Shown: in pieces, positions 44,755 through 53,340 of the stretch
How positions within the stretch are numbered: the stretch's first letter is position 1
Layout of the letters: every line of letters starts with the position of its first letter
Source of the DNA: a virus
Taxonomy: Duplodnaviria > Caudoviricetes
IMG/VR virus record: IMGVR_UViG_3300034170_000057
Direction: 5' to 3' (one strand)
DNA length: 64,000 nucleotides
Notes under the pieces: model-generated
What the model was told of the DNA's origin: nothing
The model's input: only the letters and a program-made list of their open reading frames with translations
The model's database searches: none
Made by a program: the position numbers and the translations under genes

Positions 44755-45143
44755 AACGGCACGAATACATTACCATCTGCGACGAAACGAATAACCCGCC
44801 GCAAATGGTCGAAGAAAACAATCTGGCACTCGACTTTGTGATCACTACGCCGGAACCAGAACGTGCCCGCTATGAGTGCGTGTGTGACGCGATTTGCGAT
44901 AACCCGGACGAGGCACTCGCCATGCGTATTCGTTCTTACCTGTTGCGCGCACTCGGTCGCGAAATCAAACGCCTCGGACAAAATCCCGAAGTGATTTGCC
45001 AGCAGCTGAATATTTCGAACAATCGCCTTGACGATATTTTGCAGGGCCGCATAGAACGTCTGAGCCGCGACCAGTTGACCGGCATGTGCAAACGTATCGG
45101 CCTGAGCGTTGATCGCCTCATGATGGAGGTGATGGAAAAATGA
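44751..45143 (+). CDS. XRE-family HTH protein with tail-sheath-like N-terminal peptide
   Basis: ICDETNNPPQMVEENNL; ICQQLNISNNRLDDILQGRIERLSRDQL. Confidence 0.65.
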   Translation: MKRHEYITICDETNNPPQMVEENNLALDFVITTPEPERARYECVCDAICDNPDEALAMRIRSYLLRALGREIKRLGQNPEVICQQLNISNNRLDDILQGRIERLSRDQLTGMCKRIGLSVDRLMMEVMEK

Positions 45144-45556
45144 TCGGAAATATCGCACCGGAAGGCCTGCACAAATGGCAGCTGAAATTCGAGAATGTTC
45201 CGGCAGGACTCGACCTTCCTGAAATGGAAGTGCTAGCGAATGGTGCGCCGGGTATGCAGGGTATTTGTATCCAGATGAACCCACCGAACGACTGGCCGCG
45301 CACCACACAAAAAACAATCATGTCCATTACAGAAAGCAGTGTGCCGGTCGGTGCATTTCTTTCGCGCTGGCATGCGGCTGTCAAAGCCTCACACGAGGCA
45401 CCTTATCGGATCTACTCCACACGTCGTGGGGCATTCGTGGAATATCGTTACCCTTCCTTCCGATTACAATTCCGTTCGTTGCGGCTAGCTCAAGTGTTTG
45501 CGAAAAGCCACGCCATCGACTGGAACATCGAAACACTTGAGTATAAAAATGACTGA
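45140..45556 (+). CDS. modular hypothetical protein
   Basis: 138 aa; GGAGG RBS; FRSLRLAQV module. Confidence 0.7.
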   Translation: MIGNIAPEGLHKWQLKFENVPAGLDLPEMEVLANGAPGMQGICIQMNPPNDWPRTTQKTIMSITESSVPVGAFLSRWHAAVKASHEAPYRIYSTRRGAFVEYRYPSFRLQFRSLRLAQVFAKSHAIDWNIETLEYKND

Positions 45557-45926
45557 GCAAACTTACAGCAAAATGTACATTGCCGTTCTCGACGAAGCGC
45601 CTGATTACATGGTGCCTACGTTGGTTGCGCATTCCGTCCTGACCGCGCACGTCAAATTCGCAGAACCTAAACGCCTCGAATTTGGGCAACCCTCGAACAA
45701 GGAAATATATCTCGACTGGATGCAACACTCTTTTCGCAAGGTAACGTTGCGTGTGAACCGGCGTGAATTCGACAAAATCCGTGAGACGCTGACCTGTCAC
45801 CAAGGCCACGAAAACACCATCTGCAACGGCGAACCTTCGTGCCTTGTGGTGCTGCCTGTCCGAAGCGACAACGTGCCGAATGTTTTGAAATACGCAAAAC
45901 TTTGGAAACCAATCACCGGGGAATAA
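45549..45926 (+). CDS. Pth2-like peptidyl-tRNA hydrolase family protein
   Basis: KMYIAVLDEAP..LVAHSVL..YLDWMQHSFRKVTLRV..HENT. Confidence 0.6.
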   Translation: MTEQTYSKMYIAVLDEAPDYMVPTLVAHSVLTAHVKFAEPKRLEFGQPSNKEIYLDWMQHSFRKVTLRVNRREFDKIRETLTCHQGHENTICNGEPSCLVVLPVRSDNVPNVLKYAKLWKPITGE

Positions 45927-45927
45927 C

Positions 45928-46173
45928 ATGGCCCGCAAAGATGTGACCGATCGTATGGTAGTTGACGCTTACGTGTGGTGCAGCGAATTGCAGTTGCGCC
46001 CGCTGGAGTACCTGACTATCACGACTGGCGAGCCTGAAAAGGTTTGCTGGCGCGCAATGGAACGCTCTTACGACCACGGCTACATCGAGTGCGGCGTCGG
46101 CCTTAACAGTGGTTGGGCTACCGAAAAAGGTATGGGATTACTCAAGCGAGAAAAACATAATGTCGATGCATGA
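45928..46173 (+). CDS. hypothetical protein
   Basis: 81 aa; GGGGA RBS. Confidence 0.6.
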   Translation: MARKDVTDRMVVDAYVWCSELQLRPLEYLTITTGEPEKVCWRAMERSYDHGYIECGVGLNSGWATEKGMGLLKREKHNVDA

Positions 46174-46513
46174 ACTGTTGAAGCTGAAAATATCGTTTGA
46201 AGAAATCCGTATTCGTGGGCAGGAACCTATGGTCTACGTGGTCCGTGCCGAAGAGGATTCCGCGTGGATATTCGTCACCGAAATGATTGAGGGTGAATCA
46301 TGGGACGAAATCACACAGAAATATCCGACACTGATTGACCTACTGGCCTCTTTCTTCGTGTGTGAAGTTTGGGAAGCCGGGAGTCGCGGTGGTAATCGCA
46401 CTATCACTATTTCCAGCATTGAAGGTCACGAAGGTCTGTACGAATTCGATCCGGAAAATCCCCCGTCTTTGGATTGGGAAGCCACCCACAATCTTTCCGA
46501 GGTTTCAGCATGA
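46160..46513 (+). CDS. hypothetical protein
   Basis: ATG 46160. Confidence 0.6.
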   Translation: MSMHELLKLKISFEEIRIRGQEPMVYVVRAEEDSAWIFVTEMIEGESWDEITQKYPTLIDLLASFFVCEVWEAGSRGGNRTITISSIEGHEGLYEFDPENPPSLDWEATHNLSEVSA

Positions 46514-46821
46514 ATGCAGTTGTCGAAATGGACCGTGACGAACAAATCGAAATGCTGGCCGACCGCCTGAATCCACTGGATGTTCCGATGTTCCGGAAGC
46601 GTAGCGTGTACACCCCGCCCGCTGAAGCCTTCGACGAAATTCAGTACGAACGGAATCTCGGTGATGATTTCAATATTTACCACATCAAAACAAACGATAC
46701 GCTGGCAGAGATTGCCCCGCGTTTTGGTGTGGATGTTGATCGGCTCGCATTTATCAATAATATCGCTGATCCGAAAATCATTTACTTCGGTTCGTGTCTG
46801 CGCCTGAGACACAAATCATGA
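46510..46821 (+). CDS. LysM-domain protein
   Basis: YHIKTNDTLAEIAPRFGVDVDRLAFINNIADPKIIYFGSCLRL. Confidence 0.88.
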   Translation: MNAVVEMDRDEQIEMLADRLNPLDVPMFRKRSVYTPPAEAFDEIQYERNLGDDFNIYHIKTNDTLAEIAPRFGVDVDRLAFINNIADPKIIYFGSCLRLRHKS

Positions 46822-47204
46822 CTTCACTCGAAAACATGAACGCGCGCCACCTACTGGGGCAAATTCAGAAGCATATTGAAGCCGTCATTTCAGCACCACG
46901 TGACGTAAAGCTGGAACGTGAAGAATTCGGCAAGAGCGTTGACGAATATATGGAAGACCTCAAGGATCGCCGTGTTATCCACGATCCTTTTACGGCGCAG
47001 GTTGTGACCTACACAATCCACGATATTAAAAATCGCTGCGTTGTACGCCTCAACGATGCAGACGGCAGAAAGATAAAAGACCTCACGTTGTATGGGCGCC
47101 GTCGCGCACACTGGGTTGGGCGCCAGCAACTCGGCAACGTCTACACGGAATTTCAGATGTGTATGCCTTCTAAGCGCATTCAGTTCACAATCAGGCTGGA
47201 TTAA
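46818..47204 (+). CDS. tail-sheath C-terminal-domain-like protein
   Basis: FGKSVDEYMEDLKDRRVIHD and YTEFQMCMPSKRIQFTI pattern. Confidence 0.5.
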   Translation: MTSLENMNARHLLGQIQKHIEAVISAPRDVKLEREEFGKSVDEYMEDLKDRRVIHDPFTAQVVTYTIHDIKNRCVVRLNDADGRKIKDLTLYGRRRAHWVGRQQLGNVYTEFQMCMPSKRIQFTIRLD

Positions 47205-47210
47205 TCGACC

Positions 47211-47516
47211 ATGCACCATACTGTAAATAAGATGAAACGCGAACTGTGCGCAATTATTCTCAACGAATTAGAGCGTCAGGCACGGCCCATGCTGAAGGGT
47301 ATTCCACACTACCAGAAGCAGGCACGCATTCAATTATTTGTGCAGGGTCAATACCTGCGCATGGGCGGCCCGCTTAATCGCGAACTCACTCCATATTTCC
47401 ACGAATCAGTACCAGCCAACGAATGCGAAAAGCTGGTTGATGCAGACCTCGACGTGCTGATTGCCATCGCGGCTAAACTCGGCTACGCGCTGGAACTGAC
47501 GTGGCAACGCAAATAG
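47211..47516 (+). CDS. hypothetical protein with XRE-like C-terminal helices
   Basis: DLDVLIAIAAKLGYALEL. Confidence 0.55.
   Translation: MHHTVNKMKRELCAIILNELERQARPMLKGIPHYQKQARIQLFVQGQYLRMGGPLNRELTPYFHESVPANECEKLVDADLDVLIAIAAKLGYALELTWQRK
47220..47229 (+). promoter_or_regulatory. ACTGTAAATA motif, intragenic
   Basis: Exact copy ~300 nt upstream of sbcD. Confidence 0.5.
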
Positions 47517-47525
47517 GAACCCACC

Positions 47526-48575
47526 GTGGCAAACCCTTCGTTCGAAGCAGTATTCACCAGCGACTGGCATTTGACCGGCCTGAATAAACATTTCTCGGAT
47601 GGCGATGATCGCATTCTGGCCGAGGGTGAAAAGATCCTGCAATACGCGCTGAATAACGGTATTAAATACGTGATTATTCCGGGTGATATTTCTGATCACC
47701 CGAACCTGCCATTCGACACATACACCAAACTGTTTAACCTGCTCTACAAATACGACAAGCTGCTGACCATCATTTACGTGGCAGGCAATCACGACTTCGA
47801 AAACGTCGAGAAAATGTCGATGAATTTCATGTACCGTTTGAGCAAGACGCGTGCATTCAAAAACCTCAAAATCGTATTGAAACCGGAACGCGTGGAAATC
47901 GAAGGCGTGCCGGTAAACCTGTTGCCGTACCCGTGCCTGAAAACCCTGTCGAAAAAACAAGGTGCATTGAACGTCGCGCACGTGGAATACACCGGGGCAG
48001 TTGGTGACAATGGTCGCACGCTGAAAACAAAGCATGAATTGAAATCACATAAAAACGATTTCACAGTTAGCGGGCATATCCACCAATACCAGTACATGAA
48101 AGCGAAGCGCGCTCTGTATTGCGGGAATCCATTCCAAAAGAACTTTGGTGAGGCATTGCCTAAAGGGTTCGTGCATTTGCGTGCCACGTTGAACGGCGAC
48201 CGGATGGATGTGGAGCATAAATTCGTGGAGAATAAACCGGGGTTTACCCTGATTAATCTCCCTATTAATGACCTCAACGACCTGAAGAAACTGAAGCACG
48301 ATTCGAATATTCGTTACAAGCTGCATTTCGATCCTGAAGTGCCAATGCCTGCGGATCTAATGCTGCAATACCCGAACATTACCGGTGGTATTCATTGGTC
48401 TGGCGGTAAAGCAATTGATAGCTCGGAAATAGAAACAATTAAAATTGAACGGGCAGATATTGATCCTGAATTCGGATTGGAAGCATTCCTCGGTGCGGAA
48501 GGTTTGGATTTAAAAGAAATCAAATGGACGATGAAAGAGGTTAAGGCAGCCAAAAATGTCCTTGGGTTTTCCTGA
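47526..48575 (+). CDS. sbcD: SbcD/Mre11-like (T4 gp47-like) nuclease
   Basis: TSDWHL, PGDISD, AGNHD, SGHIH metallophosphoesterase motifs. Confidence 0.9.
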   Translation: MANPSFEAVFTSDWHLTGLNKHFSDGDDRILAEGEKILQYALNNGIKYVIIPGDISDHPNLPFDTYTKLFNLLYKYDKLLTIIYVAGNHDFENVEKMSMNFMYRLSKTRAFKNLKIVLKPERVEIEGVPVNLLPYPCLKTLSKKQGALNVAHVEYTGAVGDNGRTLKTKHELKSHKNDFTVSGHIHQYQYMKAKRALYCGNPFQKNFGEALPKGFVHLRATLNGDRMDVEHKFVENKPGFTLINLPINDLNDLKKLKHDSNIRYKLHFDPEVPMPADLMLQYPNITGGIHWSGGKAIDSSEIETIKIERADIDPEFGLEAFLGAEGLDLKEIKWTMKEVKAAKNVLGFS

Positions 48576-48687
48576 CCTGTACCGGAACTTTTAATTAATT
48601 CGGATAATACTAATTTATTATTAGTTGGTACGCATCGTGGCGCTACGATTAAGCCAACTACACACACCTTAATCGAGGAATGCAACG

Positions 48688-50133
48688 ATGGTAATGAAAG
48701 CCGTCCAAAAGAAAAAGGGCGCGGTGGCCATTAAAGAGGCCAAAAAAGGTAAAGTTTACCGCCGCAAAAACAAATCCAAGCTGAATAAGCTGGCCAAGCA
48801 GCGCTACAAGACCATGACCCCAGCTGAAAAGCTGAAGTTTCATGCGCGTCAGGTATTCACCAAGGCCATGCGCCACGGTGCTACCGAAGCTGAAGCGAAA
48901 AAAGTCGTAATGGCTTGGAAAAAACGCCGCAAGCACCGCGCCGCTGGTACTCATGCTGCTGGTCAAAAGCGTGAAGTGACTGCTGCACAGCGTCAAATCC
49001 GTGAACAAATCCGGAAAAAATCGCTGGGCCTGCAAAGCGCCCACCAGAAAGCACTGAGCAAAATTCGTTCTGCCAAAGTGCCGCCTGCAAAACGCGCCGC
49101 GATGCGTCAAGCCGAAAAAGCCAGCTACGCCAACGCACGTAAAACCCTCGCGGGCGAACGTACCAAGGCCGCTGCCAGCCACCGTCAGGCCATGAAGAAA
49201 ATCAAACCGAAGGGTAAATTCTCCCTGAAGTCCCTGATCAGTAACTACAAGGCCAAGCCGATCAGCACCCAAGGTAAACGTCTGGTTGATATCGGCGCGA
49301 AAGCGGCGAAAGACGGCGTTGCACGAATCGCTGCAAAGCATTTCGGTAATGCAAAACCAGCAGCCAAAAAAGCAGCTGGCGGCGTTACCAAAAAAGCGCC
49401 TAAAAGCGCTGCTGCCTCACCGGCTGCTGCACCGAAGAAAGTAGGCCGTCCGAAAAACGTCGGCACTACCCTTGGCGAAGGTGAAAAACCAACCCGCCGC
49501 GCACTCGGTAGCCCTACCAAAGCAAAACCAGCCGCCGCTGCTCCAGCAGCTGAAAAGCGTAAACCGGGCCGTCCGAAGAAAGTAGCCGCCGCTCCGGCTG
49601 CCGCTGCTGAAGCGAAACCGAAACGCAAATACACCAAGAAAGCCGTAGCCGCTCCAGCCGCTGCCCCAGCAGCTGAGAAACGCAAACCGGGCCGTCCGAA
49701 GAAAGTAGCTGCTGCCGCTCCGGCTGCCGCACCTGCCGCCGAAAAACGCAAACCGGGTCGTCCGAAAAAAGTCGCCGCTGAAGCTGCAAAACCTGCTGCT
49801 AAAGCTCCGGCCAAAAAGCCGACTAAATCCGCTGCTGCCAAGAAACCTGCCGCTGCCGCCCCAGCCGCTGAAAAGCGTAAACCGGGCCGTCCGAAAAAGG
49901 TAACTGAAGCCGCTGCCCCAGCAGCTGAGAAACGCAAACCGGGCCGTCCGAAGAAAGTAGCCGCTGCCGCTCCGGCTGCAAAGCCAGCAGCAAAAGCCAA
50001 AGCCAAGGAAAAAGCAGCAGCCAAAGCTCCGGCCAAAAAGCCGACTAAAGCCGCTGCCGCTAAACCGGCTGCCAAAGCAGCACCTGCCAAGAAAAAAGTT
50101 GGTGGCGCCGTTCCAAAAGCTAAATTCGGTTAA
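48688..50133 (+). CDS. AT-hook / histone H1-like DNA-binding protein
   Basis: Five exact EKRKPGRPKKV repeats plus KKVGRPKN, in A/K/P-rich spacers; GAGG RBS. Confidence 0.85.
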   Translation: MVMKAVQKKKGAVAIKEAKKGKVYRRKNKSKLNKLAKQRYKTMTPAEKLKFHARQVFTKAMRHGATEAEAKKVVMAWKKRRKHRAAGTHAAGQKREVTAAQRQIREQIRKKSLGLQSAHQKALSKIRSAKVPPAKRAAMRQAEKASYANARKTLAGERTKAAASHRQAMKKIKPKGKFSLKSLISNYKAKPISTQGKRLVDIGAKAAKDGVARIAAKHFGNAKPAAKKAAGGVTKKAPKSAAASPAAAPKKVGRPKNVGTTLGEGEKPTRRALGSPTKAKPAAAAPAAEKRKPGRPKKVAAAPAAAAEAKPKRKYTKKAVAAPAAAPAAEKRKPGRPKKVAAAAPAAAPAAEKRKPGRPKKVAAEAAKPAAKAPAKKPTKSAAAKKPAAAAPAAEKRKPGRPKKVTEAAAPAAEKRKPGRPKKVAAAAPAAKPAAKAKAKEKAAAKAPAKKPTKAAAAKPAAKAAPAKKKVGGAVPKAKFG

Positions 50134-50158
50134 TAGCTGAATAGGCTTTGATTCAAAC

Positions 50159-50198
50159 AAAAAACCCGTCTCTCTGTAAAAGGAGTGGCGGGTTTTTT
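50159..50198 (+). terminator. intrinsic terminator
   Basis: AAAACCCGTC ... GGCGGG-TTTTTT. Confidence 0.8.
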
Positions 50199-50250
50199 GC
50201 TATCTAGACCATAATTTAATTGTATATCCACACATTCGGGTGTACGTGCA

Positions 50251-51249
50251 TTGCAAATACAATCAAAATACATTGATGATAATCCAAATATCATTGATTT
50301 GAAAAATGCCCGAAACGCAAACGAAGTCGTAACGGTATTAACCCGGATCAACACGGCTACCAGCGTTTTGGTTTCGAAATTCAACCAAAAGAAGCTGTCA
50401 TTTCTCAAAGTATCCGATGGTGTGGAAGCTCTGACATTCTGCGTCGATTCATTGGTAGAACTCCGTTGTGCGCGTGCTGCTGCGCAAGAGTTTAGCGATT
50501 CGAAACGTGATCGCTGTTTCCAAATGATTGCCGCACAAATGCAGACCATTCGCGCTTTCCAGAAAACTCTTATGGATTTGATTGACAGTGTTTGTTCTCC
50601 GCGAATGGACGAACACCTGAACTACCTTTCGGAAATTGTTTATAGTTTCCTATCAAAGATCAGCCACACCACGCAGCTGCATATTCGTTTACCGGGCTAT
50701 CAAATGATTTGCTTCCGAACCGATAGCGGCATACAGGATAAAAACGGATTCGTTAGCGGGCCAGTCACCGTCAAAGTGACGTTGTACGGCGGGCAGTACC
50801 GCATTGCAATCCCGGATACCCCGTTTGTATTGTCCGAAGAAACCGCCGTCGATACGGCAACGGATGTGCAGACGTATATCAAGGGCAACCTTTCCGATTT
50901 CGAATACATCGACAAACCGGTGCCGAAAGACGACAAATTGCTCGCTTCCAAACTGGTGAAAAGCGTCGATGTAACTGACGACCGTCTTAACGTTGTGTTG
51001 AAACCGTTTGTGAAGCCGGAAGATATCAATAAGTTTCTGACGCAGGTTCTGCCGTATCTCAAGCGTGCGGTAGATTTGCCGAATACTGATATCATCCATC
51101 GCGTGTCGCAGTACGGAAACAATTTCATGATTTCCTTTATCGTAGGTAAGCGGAAAATCTACGATGTGCGATCCCTGAACAAGCTGACGAAACTGCTGAA
51201 CGTCGGCAAAACAGAAAAAGACAAACTCAACACAATCATGGAATCCTAA
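50251..51249 (+). CDS. hypothetical protein
   Basis: 332 aa; TTG start. Confidence 0.7.
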   Translation: MQIQSKYIDDNPNIIDLKNARNANEVVTVLTRINTATSVLVSKFNQKKLSFLKVSDGVEALTFCVDSLVELRCARAAAQEFSDSKRDRCFQMIAAQMQTIRAFQKTLMDLIDSVCSPRMDEHLNYLSEIVYSFLSKISHTTQLHIRLPGYQMICFRTDSGIQDKNGFVSGPVTVKVTLYGGQYRIAIPDTPFVLSEETAVDTATDVQTYIKGNLSDFEYIDKPVPKDDKLLASKLVKSVDVTDDRLNVVLKPFVKPEDINKFLTQVLPYLKRAVDLPNTDIIHRVSQYGNNFMISFIVGKRKIYDVRSLNKLTKLLNVGKTEKDKLNTIMES

Positions 51250-52434
51250 ATGAAACAAGACCTGAGTTTCATCCAGCGTATGACGCCGGAACAGGCTGCG
51301 AAATACTACAACAAACGGAAAAGTTCGTACCGCCGTCTGCTGTCGAAATTTACCAGCCTGTTGCGCATTTTCTTCGGCAAGTCTTCCCGTTCGAATATCG
51401 CCACTGCATCCTCGGTTAAAGTCCGTGAAGTGCGCGGCGGTGCGGATAGCAAAGGCGGTGCCGGTGGCTTTGGGCTGTCCGTTCAAAAGGTCAAGATGCC
51501 CGGCCCGCGCCAACTGCAAAAGAGCCTCGACGCATTGGAAATGCGCGAATCCATTGACGAACTCGACGCCATTATCGACAAGTGCAATGCCACCGAAAAT
51601 GAGGGCATGAAAGCACTGGTCAAAGACATGATCAAAAACCGCAATGCTCTGGTGGAAGTTTACACCGAAGCGCTGCACGCCATGTCCGAAATGTCCGATA
51701 GTGCAATCCCTGACGAAGTGGGCGACCTGTTCAAACGCATTCAAAAGTATTTCGATGGTGTGGAAAAAACCCACATCGCGGGACGCAAGAAAGAGCATGC
51801 GGAAGCGGTGAAAGCTGCTAAAGACGCGGGCCTGTCGGAACCCACGGAACCCGATGAGGATGAACTCGCGTACTACCTCAACATCGGCACCAAAGACGGC
51901 GGCGTTGATTTCGTATTGAACTGCGACGTAACGCACTGGCGCAATTTCAGCGAAGGTTTCCACAAGGCGCTGACCGTCGTGGTCACTGCGCGTCTGGAGC
52001 CAACCGAAACCGCGTTCGCCATTCGCACCTACGTGAACATTCTTGATCGTGTGGCGCTGCCGTATCTGTACAACCTCGGCACCGAAATCAAAGGCGAAAA
52101 CACGGCGGCAATCGCGAAAAACTTCGTGAGTAATATCGACCGTGAAATTGCCCGTCATGACGTGGTGATGTTCGCTGCAAAAGCCGACCTCGCTGGTCTG
52201 GACGCAACCGAAGTCACAACCCGCCTGTCTGCAATCAAAGGCGTGTCCGGCGTCACCGTCGAAGCGAACGAAGTTATTCTGGAATTCCCGGATAATGATC
52301 GCAATGTTCAAGAAGCAGTTTTGAGCGTTTTCCGTGGCTTGCCAGTAATCAAAGCGCTGATCAAGAAAGGTTATACGCAGGCTCTGACCACTATTGATCA
52401 GAACGTTCATTCCTACAGCCTGACGCTGAAGTAA
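51250..52434 (+). CDS. hypothetical protein (possible virion protein)
   Basis: 394 aa; abuts neighbouring genes. Confidence 0.75.
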   Translation: MKQDLSFIQRMTPEQAAKYYNKRKSSYRRLLSKFTSLLRIFFGKSSRSNIATASSVKVREVRGGADSKGGAGGFGLSVQKVKMPGPRQLQKSLDALEMRESIDELDAIIDKCNATENEGMKALVKDMIKNRNALVEVYTEALHAMSEMSDSAIPDEVGDLFKRIQKYFDGVEKTHIAGRKKEHAEAVKAAKDAGLSEPTEPDEDELAYYLNIGTKDGGVDFVLNCDVTHWRNFSEGFHKALTVVVTARLEPTETAFAIRTYVNILDRVALPYLYNLGTEIKGENTAAIAKNFVSNIDREIARHDVVMFAAKADLAGLDATEVTTRLSAIKGVSGVTVEANEVILEFPDNDRNVQEAVLSVFRGLPVIKALIKKGYTQALTTIDQNVHSYSLTLK

Positions 52435-53340
52435 TTGCACTACTTCATTTCCAAGCCGTTAGATTTTCGTCTTTCGGCTTGGCCCCGTGGCGGCGATAAC
52501 TACATCACCACCTATAACACCGACCGTTATTTGATCGACATTAAAATGGTTCTCGATTATGTCGAAGAATCATTGAAGAAAACGCCGATGGCGTTCATCT
52601 TTAAAACCACGTTTACGCTGGTGAACATCTGGTCGATGTACAACAACATGAGCGTGGGGCTTGTCGATATGCCCCCGAAAGAAGTCCGGCGCACAGGCCT
52701 TGTGTTTACGTTCGCCCGGACGCTACGGAATAATGCTGACGTTCCAACCGTCAAGCACCAAACGTGGATGCGTGGCTATACCGCCATATGGGGAACAGCC
52801 GATAATCAGTCCGCAGATTTCATTAGCATTTCGATTCCGTTGAACATTCTGACACGTGCGCGCATGCAGCAAATGATGGAACGTGATCAGCGGTATTTGT
52901 ACGACATTGCAGGCGGATACACGAAAGCGATTATCCGGCAAAAGATCGGTTACACCGGTGGCGTTGAATCCACTGCTGGAAAACTCCTTTACCAGAATAT
53001 CCCAAGAGCCATGTTCTATACGGCCATGGATGATTGGAAATATGTTCTGGATTTCTGGAAGCGTATGCCCGATTTGTTGCATGTAGAATGGACGCCGAAA
53101 TTCATTGAATATTACGTCCGCTTTATTGCACCGAATCTGCCAATGCGCCGACGCAGTAAGTATTATGCACAGTACGAAGGTGAAGCGCAGGACAGCATTC
53201 GCGAATTCATTCTGCGTTTTGTGCAAAACCAAATCGAACCCGAGGAAGCTGGCCTAGCCGCGCTGCTGCCTTTGGAAGAATCCGCATTGCAAGATATTGA
53301 GACGCTAGTTGTTCAACTGTCTCAAGGGGTTGTGGAATGA
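52435..53340 (+). CDS. hypothetical protein
   Basis: 301 aa; TTG start. Confidence 0.7.
   Translation: MHYFISKPLDFRLSAWPRGGDNYITTYNTDRYLIDIKMVLDYVEESLKKTPMAFIFKTTFTLVNIWSMYNNMSVGLVDMPPKEVRRTGLVFTFARTLRNNADVPTVKHQTWMRGYTAIWGTADNQSADFISISIPLNILTRARMQQMMERDQRYLYDIAGGYTKAIIRQKIGYTGGVESTAGKLLYQNIPRAMFYTAMDDWKYVLDFWKRMPDLLHVEWTPKFIEYYVRFIAPNLPMRRRSKYYAQYEGEAQDSIREFILRFVQNQIEPEEAGLAALLPLEESALQDIETLVVQLSQGVVE

Noticed and set aside
3545-50160. Hydrophobic Ala/Phe/Leu ORFs opposite the Lys/Ala-rich genes (3545, 12614, 49245, 49417)
   Set aside because: Reverse-complement artefacts of K/A/P repeats, not membrane proteins
50689-52440. 583-aa minus-strand ORF (similar cases at 17424-19064, 34870-36300, 39917-41161)
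   Set aside because: Antisense shadows of well-supported genes
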